64,000 bases of DNA, from NCBI GenBank assembly GCA_965204215.1, contig CBDBDZ010000013.1, positions 636,394 to 700,393 of the forward strand. The letters are read 5' to 3'. Positions 1-9,859 of this stretch are shown in pieces. Under the pieces are notes generated by a model, which was not told the origin of the DNA, did no database searches, and saw nothing but the letters and a program-made list of their open reading frames with translations. The position numbers and the translations under genes were made by a program. Source of the stretch: Pseudomonadales bacterium. GTDB taxonomy: Bacteria > Pseudomonadota > Gammaproteobacteria > Pseudomonadales > GM7GCV1. The stretch's first letter is position 1; each line of letters starts with the position of its first letter.

Positions 1-734
1 TTGCTGGTTAAACTAATAATTTGGTCGGAGGTGATTCCTTGAGCTTTGTTTACTTTTCGACGTTCTTTGACACGATAGCAGGTATTCTTTTTTATTCGAG
101 TCACAAAGTAAATTCCTTTAGTATTGAGTAAGTTATACCAACTGTAATCAGTATATCCTCGGTCTATAGCTACAATTGAACCTTTATCAAGTTTAAGAGT
201 GCGAGCAGCCGTTACATCGTGTTTCTTGCCTTGCGTTACCGTCATAAACGTAGGCAAAAAACCATCGTGGTCAATTCCTACATGTAACTTTATAGCTCCT
301 TTTGCACGGCGGAACGTCGCCCAAGGAAACACTGATAAACATAAATCAATGGTAGAGGAATCAAATGAATATAATTTATTTTTGAACTTGAATCCATGTC
401 GTGGTGCTAATTGTTTACAGCGAGATAATAATTTATAAAACAAGTCTTCATAAAGTTGATAAGGTTGTTTTTTATTAACTCGTGCTAGTGACGAACGGCT
501 TACTTCACCCATACCCAAATGGTAGCTTTTAGAGCTTTGTCTTGATAAATTATCGACAATATCTCGTAGACTACAACGTCCTGTAAGTTGTGCAAAACTT
601 AACGATGCGAACTGTGACCAACGAGACATTTTTCTCAATGATTGACCTTCATGATGGGTTTTTGCAAGTGTTTCAAATTCATGTCTCGAAACCAGTTTCA
701 GTAATTGTGAAAATACAGTATTATGATGACTCAA
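1..734 (-). mobile_element. IS4-family transposase gene (DUF4372-type N-terminus plus DDE domain), 5' part only; it runs off the left window edge
   Basis: Absent from the ORF track because it leaves the window. My minus-strand translation from TTG at 734-732 reads LSHHNTVFSQLLKLVSRHEFETLAKTHHEGQSLRKMSRWSQF...SLRDIVDNL...IDLCLSVFPWATFRRAKGAIKLHVGIDHDGFLPTF...VAIDRGYTDYSWY. This is the usual N-terminal and first-Asp region of IS4-family transposases. Confidence 0.8.
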
Positions 735-825
735 AGCTATTCTCTTGTTGATTTATAAAGTGTTTTTTTTGCAACTCTATTTTATCAAATTAATGAGAGA
801 TACGCTTTGTTTTATTAACACCTAC

Positions 826-1125
826 TCAATTGTGGGACAGCAGTGCATCAATATAAATATTAACGAGACTGGAAGAGACTTTTGCTGTGAGCAAAACACT
901 TTGTGCATTATTCGCTCCGACATCAGTAGAGGGAATTATAAATTTTGAACTAGATGAACAAGGTACAGGCCCTTTAGTTTGTTTGTTCGTTACAACACCA
1001 ATCGTGCCATTTGTATACGTCTGAATTGAAGTAACCTGTGCATCATTTATCTCGAAAGAACCAGCGTTAGAAATGGTAGCGATAGAGAACAGAAAAGTGA
1101 CCATAGCAGTTCGTAGTAAATTCAT
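826..1125 (-). CDS. Small secreted protein, paralog A; its 3' end may be cut by the neighbouring IS4 element
   Basis: Internal Met of ORF 826..1218 starts a signal peptide (MNLLRTAMVTFLFSIATISNA) followed by GSFEIN. The protein aligns with the product of 1270..1632 (GSF..., single Cys, GA-N, LL-A--S---N-Y) but ends about 30 aa earlier. Confidence 0.5.
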   Translation of the reverse strand: MNLLRTAMVTFLFSIATISNAGSFEINDAQVTSIQTYTNGTIGVVTNKQTKGPVPCSSSSKFIIPSTDVGANNAQSVLLTAKVSSSLVNIYIDALLSHN

Positions 1126-1269
1126 TTTATATCTTTTTGCTTGGGAACATAACGCCTTGCTAAGGCGTGCTAAAAGTGGAGATTGATTTTGGTGTATAAT
1201 ACGCGAAGCGTATGCCAAAATTAAACGGAGCTTTTGGCATCGACCTTGAGGATTTGTTATACGTGGTCT

Positions 1270-1632
1270 TTATTTACCTGACAACTCGATCATTTTTAAA
1301 CCTAACCAATGACCACCAGTGCTACTGCAGGATTCTGCGCTAGAAGGAAGATCAGTAAACCATATATAATTTAAAGTATTTCCCGACGTGTACGCCATTA
1401 ATAAAGCACTATATATGGCATTGTAATTATCTGCTCCCGTACCCAACTTCGCGTGAATTCGGTAGTGATCTCCTCCATTACAACCCGCTGGAGCGGGCGA
1501 AAAGCCAACGTATACTCCGTCTCCGCCTAAACGTAGTTTAGATACTTTAAAACTCCCTCCTTGTGAACCAGCCTGGCAATAAACAGCTACTAACGACACC
1601 GTCAGTATTAGTATTTTAAATATGGTTTTCAT
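1270..1632 (-). CDS. Small secreted two-Cys protein, paralog B
   Basis: Internal Met at 1632 gives the signal peptide MKTIFKILILTVSLVAVYCQA followed by GSQGGSFKV. The protein is a paralog of the 826..1125 product. I recognised no known domain. Confidence 0.55.
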   Translation of the reverse strand: MKTIFKILILTVSLVAVYCQAGSQGGSFKVSKLRLGGDGVYVGFSPAPAGCNGGDHYRIHAKLGTGADNYNAIYSALLMAYTSGNTLNYIWFTDLPSSAESCSSTGGHWLGLKMIELSGK

Positions 1633-1767
1633 TTTTACCTCTGTTCTTGATAACTTTGGACGTATAACGAGTCGCTGCAGCCACTTGTTAAGCCGCGCTT
1701 GCGCGACGAAAACACGCAAAAAATCATTGGTTGATTATATATGCTAATAGCTAGTTTGTCAAAAAAA

Positions 1768-2981
1768 TGTCTAGGTTCAGTACATGTGAGACAAGAGCAT
1801 AGAAATTAAGCTGCCTGTGTAATTTTCAAATAATACTCCATTGGAGTATCTAATCCAACCTTTTCGTATGGTCTATAAGTGTTATAGTAACTTTCATAAT
1901 CATCTAAGGCTTGATTCATCAATCTAACACTTAAACTCCCTTCATAAAAGGGATAAAACTCATAACGTGTTGTACCATTAGCCCGTTCAACACAGCCGTT
2001 TAAATCAGGACGCTTAGGTGGTAATACCCAAAGTTTGATACCGAGTTCACGACAGTATTCTTCAAATTCAGCCATAAATTCGCTACCACCATCCACTTGT
2101 ATGGACTCAATAGTGAATGGGGCTTGTTGTTTTAAATACATGAGAAAGCGCTTAGCATTATGACTGGTTGCGGTACTGTAACAACGTAAGAATGTCATAC
2201 CTGTTATCGGGCAGGTAGCTTTGAATTCTTTGACATTAAAGCCTTCGGTAAAACTAATACTCATATGGTCAATTTGAATCATCTGACCTACCTTCTTGGC
2301 TTTCATACCATATTGCCAACGTCTAGCGTGATAACTAAATTGTCGTTTCTTTTTAGGCTTCATACGCCCGCCATAATAAAACGATACAGGCAATATCTTA
2401 CCGTTTTTAATAAGTTTACTGATAATCCTACCGACGCTACTTTCACTAATCGTTTGCTGATGGTCACGAACCATTATTTTCCATATTTTACGCTTACCCC
2501 AACAACGGTAACGCTGCCTAATATGCAAAACTATTTGCTCTTGCTGTTTTGTCCATTGTGATTGACGGCGATTATAAGGGCGACGGCTTTGTTCCACTAA
2601 TCCTTCCCAACCTAGCTGATTATAACGTGCGCTCCAGCGATAATAAGTGGCTCGTGACCAGCCTATTGACTTCAAACGAAGTGCTTCGCTACAACCTTCT
2701 TGTTTCAATTGGTCATAGAGTTCTAGTCTATGGATTCTGTCAATTGCTTCAGTTGGCGCTCTATCATTAATGCGCCAACTGCGATATGATTTGATTCGTA
2801 GGCTTAAGGTCTGCATGGGTAGTCTCTCTGTAAGTTAATTTAGTCAAATTACAGAGGCTACCCGACTTTAAACCAGCTTTCAAATGACCTATTAATTTGA
2901 TGGAAAAGTCTTACGACTTTACCACAAATTAACAGGTGAAAAATTTAAAAAATAAGTCTCATATCTATCTGAACCTATACA
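1768..2981 (-). mobile_element. Complete IS481-family insertion sequence (about 1.2 kb)
   Basis: Imperfect terminal inverted repeats: TGTCTAGGTTCAGTACATGTGAGACAAG at 1768-1795, and the reverse complement of AAGTCTCATATCTATCTGAACCTATACA ending at 2981 (about 20 of 27 positions match). They enclose one DDE/rve transposase ORF. I saw no flanking target duplication. Confidence 0.8.
1806..2816 (-). CDS. IS481-family transposase (HTH plus rve integrase core)
   Basis: 336-aa ORF with an N-terminal HTH-like region (WSRATYYRWSARY) and an integrase core (IQIDHMSI...VDGGSEF...RPDLNGCVERANGT). Confidence 0.85.
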   Translation of the reverse strand: MQTLSLRIKSYRSWRINDRAPTEAIDRIHRLELYDQLKQEGCSEALRLKSIGWSRATYYRWSARYNQLGWEGLVEQSRRPYNRRQSQWTKQQEQIVLHIRQRYRCWGKRKIWKIMVRDHQQTISESSVGRIISKLIKNGKILPVSFYYGGRMKPKKKRQFSYHARRWQYGMKAKKVGQMIQIDHMSISFTEGFNVKEFKATCPITGMTFLRCYSTATSHNAKRFLMYLKQQAPFTIESIQVDGGSEFMAEFEEYCRELGIKLWVLPPKRPDLNGCVERANGTTRYEFYPFYEGSLSVRLMNQALDDYESYYNTYRPYEKVGLDTPMEYYLKITQAA

Positions 2982-3059
2982 ACTTTGTTTTAAATGGGCT
3001 ATCACTTTGTTGGCTGACCAATATCAGCTACCTTTTTATGCAGTCAATAAATGTTAGCA

Positions 3060-5183
3060 TCACCTTGCCCAATTATGATATTTTTCTACCCATTTTAATA
3101 AACCTTGAGGGGCGTGGGCTTTTTTCCATTGCCCAGCCACAAATTTATTGGTTTCAGTCAGGGTAGGGTAAATATGGATAGTACCCATAATTTTATTAAG
3201 ACCCAAGCCATGGCGCATGGCCAGGATATATTCTGCAATTAAATTACCCGCATGGTAGCCGACAATAGTTACGCCGAGAATGTTATCTTTGCCAGGTACA
3301 GTGAGGACCTTGATAAAACCGTGGTCTTCGCCATCGGCAATGGCTCTGTCTAAATCGTCTATATCGTAGCGAGTGACTTCATAAGGAATACCCTTTTCTT
3401 TGGCTTCACGCTCGTTGATACCAACAGTGGCTACTTCGGGGTCGGTAAATGTTGCCCAGGGGATAACACTGTAATCGACATTAAAGGTTTTAAACTTACC
3501 AAATAGTGCATTAACTGTGGCAAACCACGCTTGATGTGAAGCCGTATGGGTAAATTGATAAGGGCCGGCTATGTCGCCACAGGCATAAATATTGGAGTAT
3601 TTGGTGCGCAGTTTTTCGTCCAGCACTAGAGTCCCGTTTTTATGAGTTTCCAATTGCAATGCATCGATTCCCTCAATATTTAAATTGGCGGCACGACCTA
3701 CGGCGCAGATAACTCTGTCAAATTCAACCTGTTTGATACTATTGTCTTCAAGGTGTTTTAAGTCTGCTACTGGTTGACCGTCGACCACATCAAATTTAAC
3801 CAGTAGATGGTTGGTATATAATTGAATACCTTCGCGTTGAAAGCGATTGGCGACTGCTTCACTAACTTCAGGATCTTCTTTACTCATTATTCGAGGTAGT
3901 GCTTCAACCATGGTTACTTGTGAACCTAGGCGTTGAAACGATTGAGCCAGTTCAGAGCCAATAGGACCACCGCCCATCACTAATAACTGTTTGGGCTGTT
4001 CGGTTATTTCCCATAAATTGTCAGAAGTTAATATATCGATTTTGTCAATGCCTTCAATAGGAGGCAGGGCAGGTCTACCGCCGCTGGCAATAATGATATT
4101 TCGTGTGGTAACACGCTCGCCATTGACGCTAACTTCCCAAGGTGAAATGACTTTGGCTTCGCCAATTTTAACGTCTACACCTAAACTTTGGTAACGCTCA
4201 ACCGAGTCATGTGGTTCGATTTTTTTGATGACTTGATGCACGCGTTGCATGACTTTTTCAAACGACAAACTCGCATTGTGTTTGCCAAGTCCGTAATGCT
4301 CTGAATCGTTGATATAGTGCGCAATTTTGGCACTGCGGATAATGGCTTTACTGGGAACACACCCTGTATTTAGACAGTCGCCTCCCATTTTATGTTTTTC
4401 AATTAAAACAACTTTGGCTTTAACTGTAGCCGCAATTAAAGAAGCTACCAAGCCTGCGCTACCCGCACCAATAACTACCAGGTTAACGTCAAATTTTTGC
4501 GGTTTTAAGTGTCTCCAAGGCTTGTAGGCACGATTCTTTTTAATGGTAGAGACTATCCATTTTGCAATTAACGGGAAAATACCTAACAACATAAAGCCTA
4601 CAAACAGCTCTGTTGTAAATATACCTTCAACAGATAAAGACTCAATACCAGCGAGTTGTACACCTGCATTCACGAAAACAGCAGTACCAGCGAGCATTCC
4701 GACTTGGCTAACCCAGTAAAACGTCAATGTTTTAATAGAGGTTAAACCCATGACCAGGTTAATAACGAAAAAAGGGAAAATGGGCATTAAACGCAAGGTC
4801 AATAGGTAGAATGCACCATCTTTTTCTATACCTTCATTAATGCTTTGCAGATGCTGACCAAATTTGTTTTGTACCCAGTCGCGAAGTAATGTTCGAGAAA
4901 TAACAAAAGCCAATGTTGCTCCAATGGTGCTGGCAAAACTGACGAGTAATAGACCTTGCCAAAAGCCGAATATAGCACCGCCGAGTAACGTCATGATTGC
5001 AGCGCCAGGCAGTGATAGTGCCGCAATGGTGATGTATGTAAAGAAATAAATAATAGCTGCTTGTTGGGGGTAATCCTGAAGTAGTTGCTTTATCGCTTCT
5101 GGTTGTAGTAATTGCGAGCCACCATTCATCCAAAAAGCGATGAATAGAGCGGCGACAATGGCAAGAATTATTATTTTTTTCAT
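3060..5183 (-). CDS. Fusion of a TVP38/TMEM64 (DedA-like) membrane domain with a class I pyridine nucleotide-disulfide oxidoreductase
   Basis: The N-terminal ~220 aa are multi-TM. They are followed by GAGSAG (FAD binding), the redox-active GGDCLNTGCVPSK motif, an NAD-binding GGGPIGSE motif and a dimerisation region with HIYPTLTE. Confidence 0.8.
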   Translation of the reverse strand: MKKIIILAIVAALFIAFWMNGGSQLLQPEAIKQLLQDYPQQAAIIYFFTYITIAALSLPGAAIMTLLGGAIFGFWQGLLLVSFASTIGATLAFVISRTLLRDWVQNKFGQHLQSINEGIEKDGAFYLLTLRLMPIFPFFVINLVMGLTSIKTLTFYWVSQVGMLAGTAVFVNAGVQLAGIESLSVEGIFTTELFVGFMLLGIFPLIAKWIVSTIKKNRAYKPWRHLKPQKFDVNLVVIGAGSAGLVASLIAATVKAKVVLIEKHKMGGDCLNTGCVPSKAIIRSAKIAHYINDSEHYGLGKHNASLSFEKVMQRVHQVIKKIEPHDSVERYQSLGVDVKIGEAKVISPWEVSVNGERVTTRNIIIASGGRPALPPIEGIDKIDILTSDNLWEITEQPKQLLVMGGGPIGSELAQSFQRLGSQVTMVEALPRIMSKEDPEVSEAVANRFQREGIQLYTNHLLVKFDVVDGQPVADLKHLEDNSIKQVEFDRVICAVGRAANLNIEGIDALQLETHKNGTLVLDEKLRTKYSNIYACGDIAGPYQFTHTASHQAWFATVNALFGKFKTFNVDYSVIPWATFTDPEVATVGINEREAKEKGIPYEVTRYDIDDLDRAIADGEDHGFIKVLTVPGKDNILGVTIVGYHAGNLIAEYILAMRHGLGLNKIMGTIHIYPTLTETNKFVAGQWKKAHAPQGLLKWVEKYHNWAR

Positions 5184-5223
5184 TATTCTAAAAAATGTTT
5201 GTTAAGGGCAACGATTACTGAAC

Positions 5224-6036
5224 TCAGGTTTGACAATAAGTACAGTAAACAGTGGATCTTTGGTTTTGGCGAATGGCGGTTAGAGGCTGGCCACATTGTA
5301 CACAGGGTTCATTACCTCTACCATAAGTGTTTAAGGCAAGTTGAAAGTAACCTTCATTACCATCACTATTGACGTAGTTGCGCAGAGTTGTACCACCTTG
5401 CGCAATGGCATCTGACAAAACTTGTTTTATATGAGTGGATAATTGTTGGTAGCGTTCAATGTTAATGCTGTTTGCGCGGCGTTTAGGTGAAATTCCTGCC
5501 AAAAACAGTGCTTCTGTGGCATAAATATTGCCTACACCGACGACGACTTTAGCATCCATAATAAAGGCTTTAACATTGCTCGATTTATTGCGAGATAGTC
5601 GATAGAGATAATCGCCATTAAATTGCTGGGTTAAAGGTTCAACCCCTAAAGAATTTAGCAGTGAGTGCTGTTTTGGGTTGTCAGTGTAGAGTAGCGCGCC
5701 GAAACGACGTGGGTCATGGTAGCGCAAAATACAATTATCAAACTGTATTTGCCAGTGGTCGTGCTTGCGTTTGACTTGTTCATCAGTCAGTATTCTTAAA
5801 CTACCCGACATGCCTAAATGAGAGATTAAGCTATGTTGATTGGATAGATTAAATAGCAGATATTTGCCGCGACGGGTAATGGATTCAATACTTGAACCTA
5901 CAATGCAAAATACCAGGTTATCGGGAATCTTCCAACGTAGTTTGGGTTGCCAAACGGTGACAGATTGAATGGTTTTCCCTTTAATATATGGAGCTATCCC
6001 GCGGCTGGTGGTTTCAACTTCGGGTAGCTCCGGCAT
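5224..6036 (-). CDS. mutM: Formamidopyrimidine-DNA glycosylase
   Basis: N-terminus MPELPEVET and a C-terminal zinc finger (CVQCGQPL...CTYCQ); 270 aa. Confidence 0.9.
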   Translation of the reverse strand: MPELPEVETTSRGIAPYIKGKTIQSVTVWQPKLRWKIPDNLVFCIVGSSIESITRRGKYLLFNLSNQHSLISHLGMSGSLRILTDEQVKRKHDHWQIQFDNCILRYHDPRRFGALLYTDNPKQHSLLNSLGVEPLTQQFNGDYLYRLSRNKSSNVKAFIMDAKVVVGVGNIYATEALFLAGISPKRRANSINIERYQQLSTHIKQVLSDAIAQGGTTLRNYVNSDGNEGYFQLALNTYGRGNEPCVQCGQPLTAIRQNQRSTVYCTYCQT

Positions 6037-6045
6037 AATGTGGGT

Positions 6046-7932
6046 TTATAACTCTGCGAGTAATTTATTAATGCGTTCAACATAACTGACAGGGTCTTGT
6101 AATTGTTCACCTGTTGCTAAAGTGGCTTGGTCGAAAATCACTTCAACCAACTCAGCAAAACGGCCTTCATCGCTTTCATTGTCCATTCTCGTTAACAGTG
6201 AATGTTCTAAATTCACTTCAAAAATGGGCTTGCTTTCAGGCATAGATTGACCTGCAGCTTCCATCATTTTACGCATACTACTGCTCATGTCTGTGTCATC
6301 CATTACCAGGCAACTGGGTGAATCAATTAACCTGCCGCTGCTGGAACGTACTTCTTTCACTCGGCTATCTAATACTTTATTGATGCGTTCAATAATGGGT
6401 TTTTCATCTTTTTTATTATCGCTGTCTTTAGACGAGCTTTCTTGACCAAAACTGCTGCGTCTTACATCGGCAAATTGTTTGCCTTCAAAATCGGTTAAGT
6501 AAGTCATCAACCATTCGTCGATGGGGTCTGACAATAAAATAACTTCGTTACCTTGTTTGCGCAACGATTCAATATGCGGGCTTTTCTGAGCCTTGGTATG
6601 ATTGTCTGCCATTACATAATAAATCTCTTTTTGTTCATCTTTCATTCGCGATAAGTAATTATCAAGGCTTTGGTCCTGTTTGATATTATCGGTATGAGTG
6701 GTTGAAAAGCGCAACAACCTGGCAATTTTTTCTTTGTTGGTGAAATCTTCAGCTAAGCCTTCTTTTAAGACTTTGCCAAAGGCATCCCAGAAAATTTGAT
6801 AGTCTTCTGGTTTCTTGTTCGCCAATTTTTTCAGCATGTCTAACACGCGCTTGGTCATGGCATTTTTAAGCGAGTCGACCTGTGGGCTTTGTTGCAATAA
6901 CTCGCGTGAAATATTCATTGGCAAGTCGGTTGCATCCAGTACCCCTTTCACAAAGCGCAAGTACAGTGGTAAAAACTGTTCGGCATCGTCCATAATAAAG
7001 GTACGTTGAATGTACAGTTTTAAACCTTTTGCAGCTTCGCGTTGGTATAAATCAAAGGTGGGTTTACGTGGAATATACAATAAACTAATGTATTCTTGTT
7101 TGCCCTCTACATGGTTGTGGGTTTGGGTTAACGGTTCGTTCCAGTCGTGTGAAACGTGTTTATAAAATTCAATGTATTCTTCTTTTTTGACCTCTCTGGC
7201 AGGGCGTGTCCATAACGCCGTGGCTGTGTTGACAGTTTCCCATTCTGGAGTCTCAGGTTCTTGACTCTTATCTTCATCATTTGCAGGGACAGGCGGTTTT
7301 AGCATTTGGATAGGAATGCTGATGTGGTCAGAATATTTTTTGATGGTACTGCGAAGCGTCCAGTTGTTGCAAAATTCTTTGGCATCGTCTTTAAGGTGTA
7401 AGATGACTTCAGTGCCGCGAGTATCTCTATTGACGTTTTCAATTTCATAATCAGCCTCGCCTGTGCACACCCAATGTACGCCTTCTCCGGCATCATTTCC
7501 TGCACGACGGGTGAAGACTTCTACTTTTTCCGATACAATAAAACCTGAATAAAAGCCTACGCCAAATTGACCAATCAGGTGTGAATCTTTGCGTTGGTCG
7601 CCACTTAGGTTTTCCATAAATTTGGCAGTTCCAGAACTGGCAATGGTACCCAAATTGGCGATAACTTCTTCGCGGTTCATTCCTATTCCATTATCGCTCA
7701 TATGAATTTTATTTGCGTCTTCATCGAATGTAATTTGAATTTTTAATTCGGAATCACCTTCAAATAACTGTTCATTGTCTAGTGCTTCAAAACGCAGTTT
7801 GTCGCAAGCATCGGATGCGTTACTGACTAATTCGCGTAGAAAAATTTCTCTATTGCTATAGAGAGAGTGTGTCATTAAATGTAATAATTGTTTTGCTTCG
7901 GTTTGAAAACCCAGTGTTTCTTTATTTGACAT
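6046..7932 (-). CDS. htpG: Hsp90-family chaperone HtpG
   Basis: 628 aa with FLRELVSNASDA, GQFGVGFYS and the usual middle and C-terminal domains. Confidence 0.95.
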   Translation of the reverse strand: MSNKETLGFQTEAKQLLHLMTHSLYSNREIFLRELVSNASDACDKLRFEALDNEQLFEGDSELKIQITFDEDANKIHMSDNGIGMNREEVIANLGTIASSGTAKFMENLSGDQRKDSHLIGQFGVGFYSGFIVSEKVEVFTRRAGNDAGEGVHWVCTGEADYEIENVNRDTRGTEVILHLKDDAKEFCNNWTLRSTIKKYSDHISIPIQMLKPPVPANDEDKSQEPETPEWETVNTATALWTRPAREVKKEEYIEFYKHVSHDWNEPLTQTHNHVEGKQEYISLLYIPRKPTFDLYQREAAKGLKLYIQRTFIMDDAEQFLPLYLRFVKGVLDATDLPMNISRELLQQSPQVDSLKNAMTKRVLDMLKKLANKKPEDYQIFWDAFGKVLKEGLAEDFTNKEKIARLLRFSTTHTDNIKQDQSLDNYLSRMKDEQKEIYYVMADNHTKAQKSPHIESLRKQGNEVILLSDPIDEWLMTYLTDFEGKQFADVRRSSFGQESSSKDSDNKKDEKPIIERINKVLDSRVKEVRSSSGRLIDSPSCLVMDDTDMSSSMRKMMEAAGQSMPESKPIFEVNLEHSLLTRMDNESDEGRFAELVEVIFDQATLATGEQLQDPVSYVERINKLLAEL

Positions 7933-7996
7933 GTATAATCTCCAACAAATTTAAAAAATGCCTTTATAGGTTGTATCCACTAAAAATCAAGTAATT

Positions 7997-8443
7997 ATGT
8001 GCATTAAAATTAGTTTAGTTGTAACAGTTATTATGTTGTGTTCCTGCGCCACTCAACAATCTGAACCAAGGGTGGGTAATCAAACGCTGCAGAATCAAAA
8101 TAATCATGAGCAGACACAGGAAGAAAGTGCTAAAGTTGAAATACCAGTCAGTGCAATTTATGATCAGCCACAACCTGTTACGTCTAAACCAATAGCTGCC
8201 ACTAATGCACTACTAGAACAAGCAGAAAAATTATATGAACAAGGCAATTATCACAAAGCTATTGCGGTAAGCGAGCGTTTGCTGCGTATCAACCGAACCA
8301 ATGCAGCTGTTTATATCCTATTAGCCAAAGCACATTTAGCCAACGGTATGAGTGGGCTTAGTACAGAATTTGCAAGGCAAGGATTAATTTTTGCCAGGCA
8401 AGCATGGGAAAAAGAGGCATTGAATCAATTGTTGAATTATTAA
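7997..8443 (+). CDS. TPR-repeat lipoprotein
   Basis: Lipobox (VIMLCSC) followed by TPR-like helices (AEKLYEQGNYHKAIAVSERLLRI..AAVYILLAKAHL). Confidence 0.6.
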   Translation: MCIKISLVVTVIMLCSCATQQSEPRVGNQTLQNQNNHEQTQEESAKVEIPVSAIYDQPQPVTSKPIAATNALLEQAEKLYEQGNYHKAIAVSERLLRINRTNAAVYILLAKAHLANGMSGLSTEFARQGLIFARQAWEKEALNQLLNY

Positions 8444-8468
8444 TCGTATCGCACCATGCATGGTGCCC

Positions 8469-9815
8469 TTACGTGGTTCGATTGCATGAATCGATTTCGC
8501 CCCAGAGGTCGTGTTCGTCACTGGCAATAATGTTAGCCTGAATAATATCGCCTGGTCGATGCCTGGTTTCACCATTTAAATAAATTAGACCATCTATTTC
8601 AGGGGCATCGGCTGTGGTACGACCAATAGCACCTTCGGCATCAACTTTATCAATAATTACAGCCGTAGTGCTACCGATTTTAGCAGATAATTTTTCTGTA
8701 CTAATTTGTGCTTGAGTTTGCATAAAGCGTTCGAACCTTTCCGCTTTAATAGCATCATCGACTGGGCTTGGCAATTCATTGGCTAAAGCGCCTTTAACGG
8801 GAGAATACTCAAATGCACCAACACGGTCTAATCTTGCATCTTTGATAAAGTCTAATAAGTCTTCAAACTCGGCTTCGGTTTCACCTGGGAACCCTATAAT
8901 AAAAGTGCTGCGAATGGTAAGATTAGGGCAAATTGAGCGCCAGTGCTCGATTTGTTTTAATGTGTTTTCAATATTACCTGGACGCTTCATGGCTTTGAGA
9001 ATACGTGGATTGCCATGCTGGAAGGGTACATCCAGATAGGGTAGTACCAGCCCGTCAGCCATTAGTGGAATAACTTCATCGACATTAGGGTAGGGATAAA
9101 CATAATGCAGGCGTATCCAGGGGCGTTGCCTGGTTTGAATAGCACTCAGTGCATGACACAAATCGGTCATTTTGGTTTTAATAGGTGTACCGTTATGAAA
9201 GTATGTTTTATATTTTAAATCCACACCATAGGCACTGGTGTCCTGAGAAATAACCAACAATTCCTTAACGCCCGATTGCACTAAGCCTTCGGCTTCAGCA
9301 ACAACAGCATTGGAAGGTCGGCTGACCAGTTTGCCTCGCATTGATGGAATAATACAAAAACTGCATTTGTGATTACAGCCTTCAGAAATTTTCAAATAAG
9401 CGTAATGTCTTGGTGTTAATTTAATGCCCTGAGGCGGTATTAAATCAGTAAAAGGATTGTGCGTTGTATTGTAAGGGAAATGAGTTTTAACCGCCCCTAC
9501 AACTTCTTCGTAGGCCTGTGGACCAGATACTGACAGCACGCTGGGATGGACATCTAAAATGTCTTGTTCGTTAGCCCCCATGCAACCTGTAACAATCACT
9601 TTGCCATTGGCGTTAATGGCTTCGCCGATGGTGTTCAGCGACTCTTGTTTGGCTGCGTCAATAAAACCGCAGGTGTTCACCACTACCATATCTGCTTGTT
9701 CATAAGTGGGAACAATATCGTAACCATCAATGCGCAATTGAGTTAAAATTCGTTCAGAATCAACTAAGGCTTTGGGGCATCCTAAGCTGATAAATCCTAT
9801 TTTGGGTGCGCTCAT
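8469..9815 (-). CDS. rimO: Ribosomal protein S12 methylthiotransferase RimO
   Basis: MTTase N-domain ([10 protein letters not shown]), radical-SAM motif CNHKCSFC and a C-terminal TRAM domain; 448 aa. Confidence 0.9.
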   Translation of the reverse strand: MSAPKIGFISLGCPKALVDSERILTQLRIDGYDIVPTYEQADMVVVNTCGFIDAAKQESLNTIGEAINANGKVIVTGCMGANEQDILDVHPSVLSVSGPQAYEEVVGAVKTHFPYNTTHNPFTDLIPPQGIKLTPRHYAYLKISEGCNHKCSFCIIPSMRGKLVSRPSNAVVAEAEGLVQSGVKELLVISQDTSAYGVDLKYKTYFHNGTPIKTKMTDLCHALSAIQTRQRPWIRLHYVYPYPNVDEVIPLMADGLVLPYLDVPFQHGNPRILKAMKRPGNIENTLKQIEHWRSICPNLTIRSTFIIGFPGETEAEFEDLLDFIKDARLDRVGAFEYSPVKGALANELPSPVDDAIKAERFERFMQTQAQISTEKLSAKIGSTTAVIIDKVDAEGAIGRTTADAPEIDGLIYLNGETRHRPGDIIQANIIASDEHDLWGEIDSCNRTT

Positions 9816-9859
9816 TTCAGGTTGTTGTTTAAAAAAAGACCATTATAGATTAATATACT

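Noticed and set aside
826-1632. Idea that the two small secreted paralogs are AB5-toxin B subunits (SubB/PltB-like).
   Set aside because: The idea rests only on a remembered, superficial resemblance of one helix-strand segment (YNAIYSALLMAYTSGNTLNYIWF). No A-subunit gene is nearby and I cannot run a profile search, so it is unsupported.
2265-2770. Two plus-strand ORFs (98 and 73 aa) lie inside the IS481-family element.
   Set aside because: They are antisense to the intact transposase gene, have no recognisable motifs, and IS481-family elements encode a single ORF.
3060-5183. Calling the oxidoreductase half a mercuric reductase (merA).
   Set aside because: It has no C-terminal Cys-Cys pair, no NmerA/HMA domain and no mer operon context. 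Only the generic class I disulfide-oxidoreductase motifs are present.
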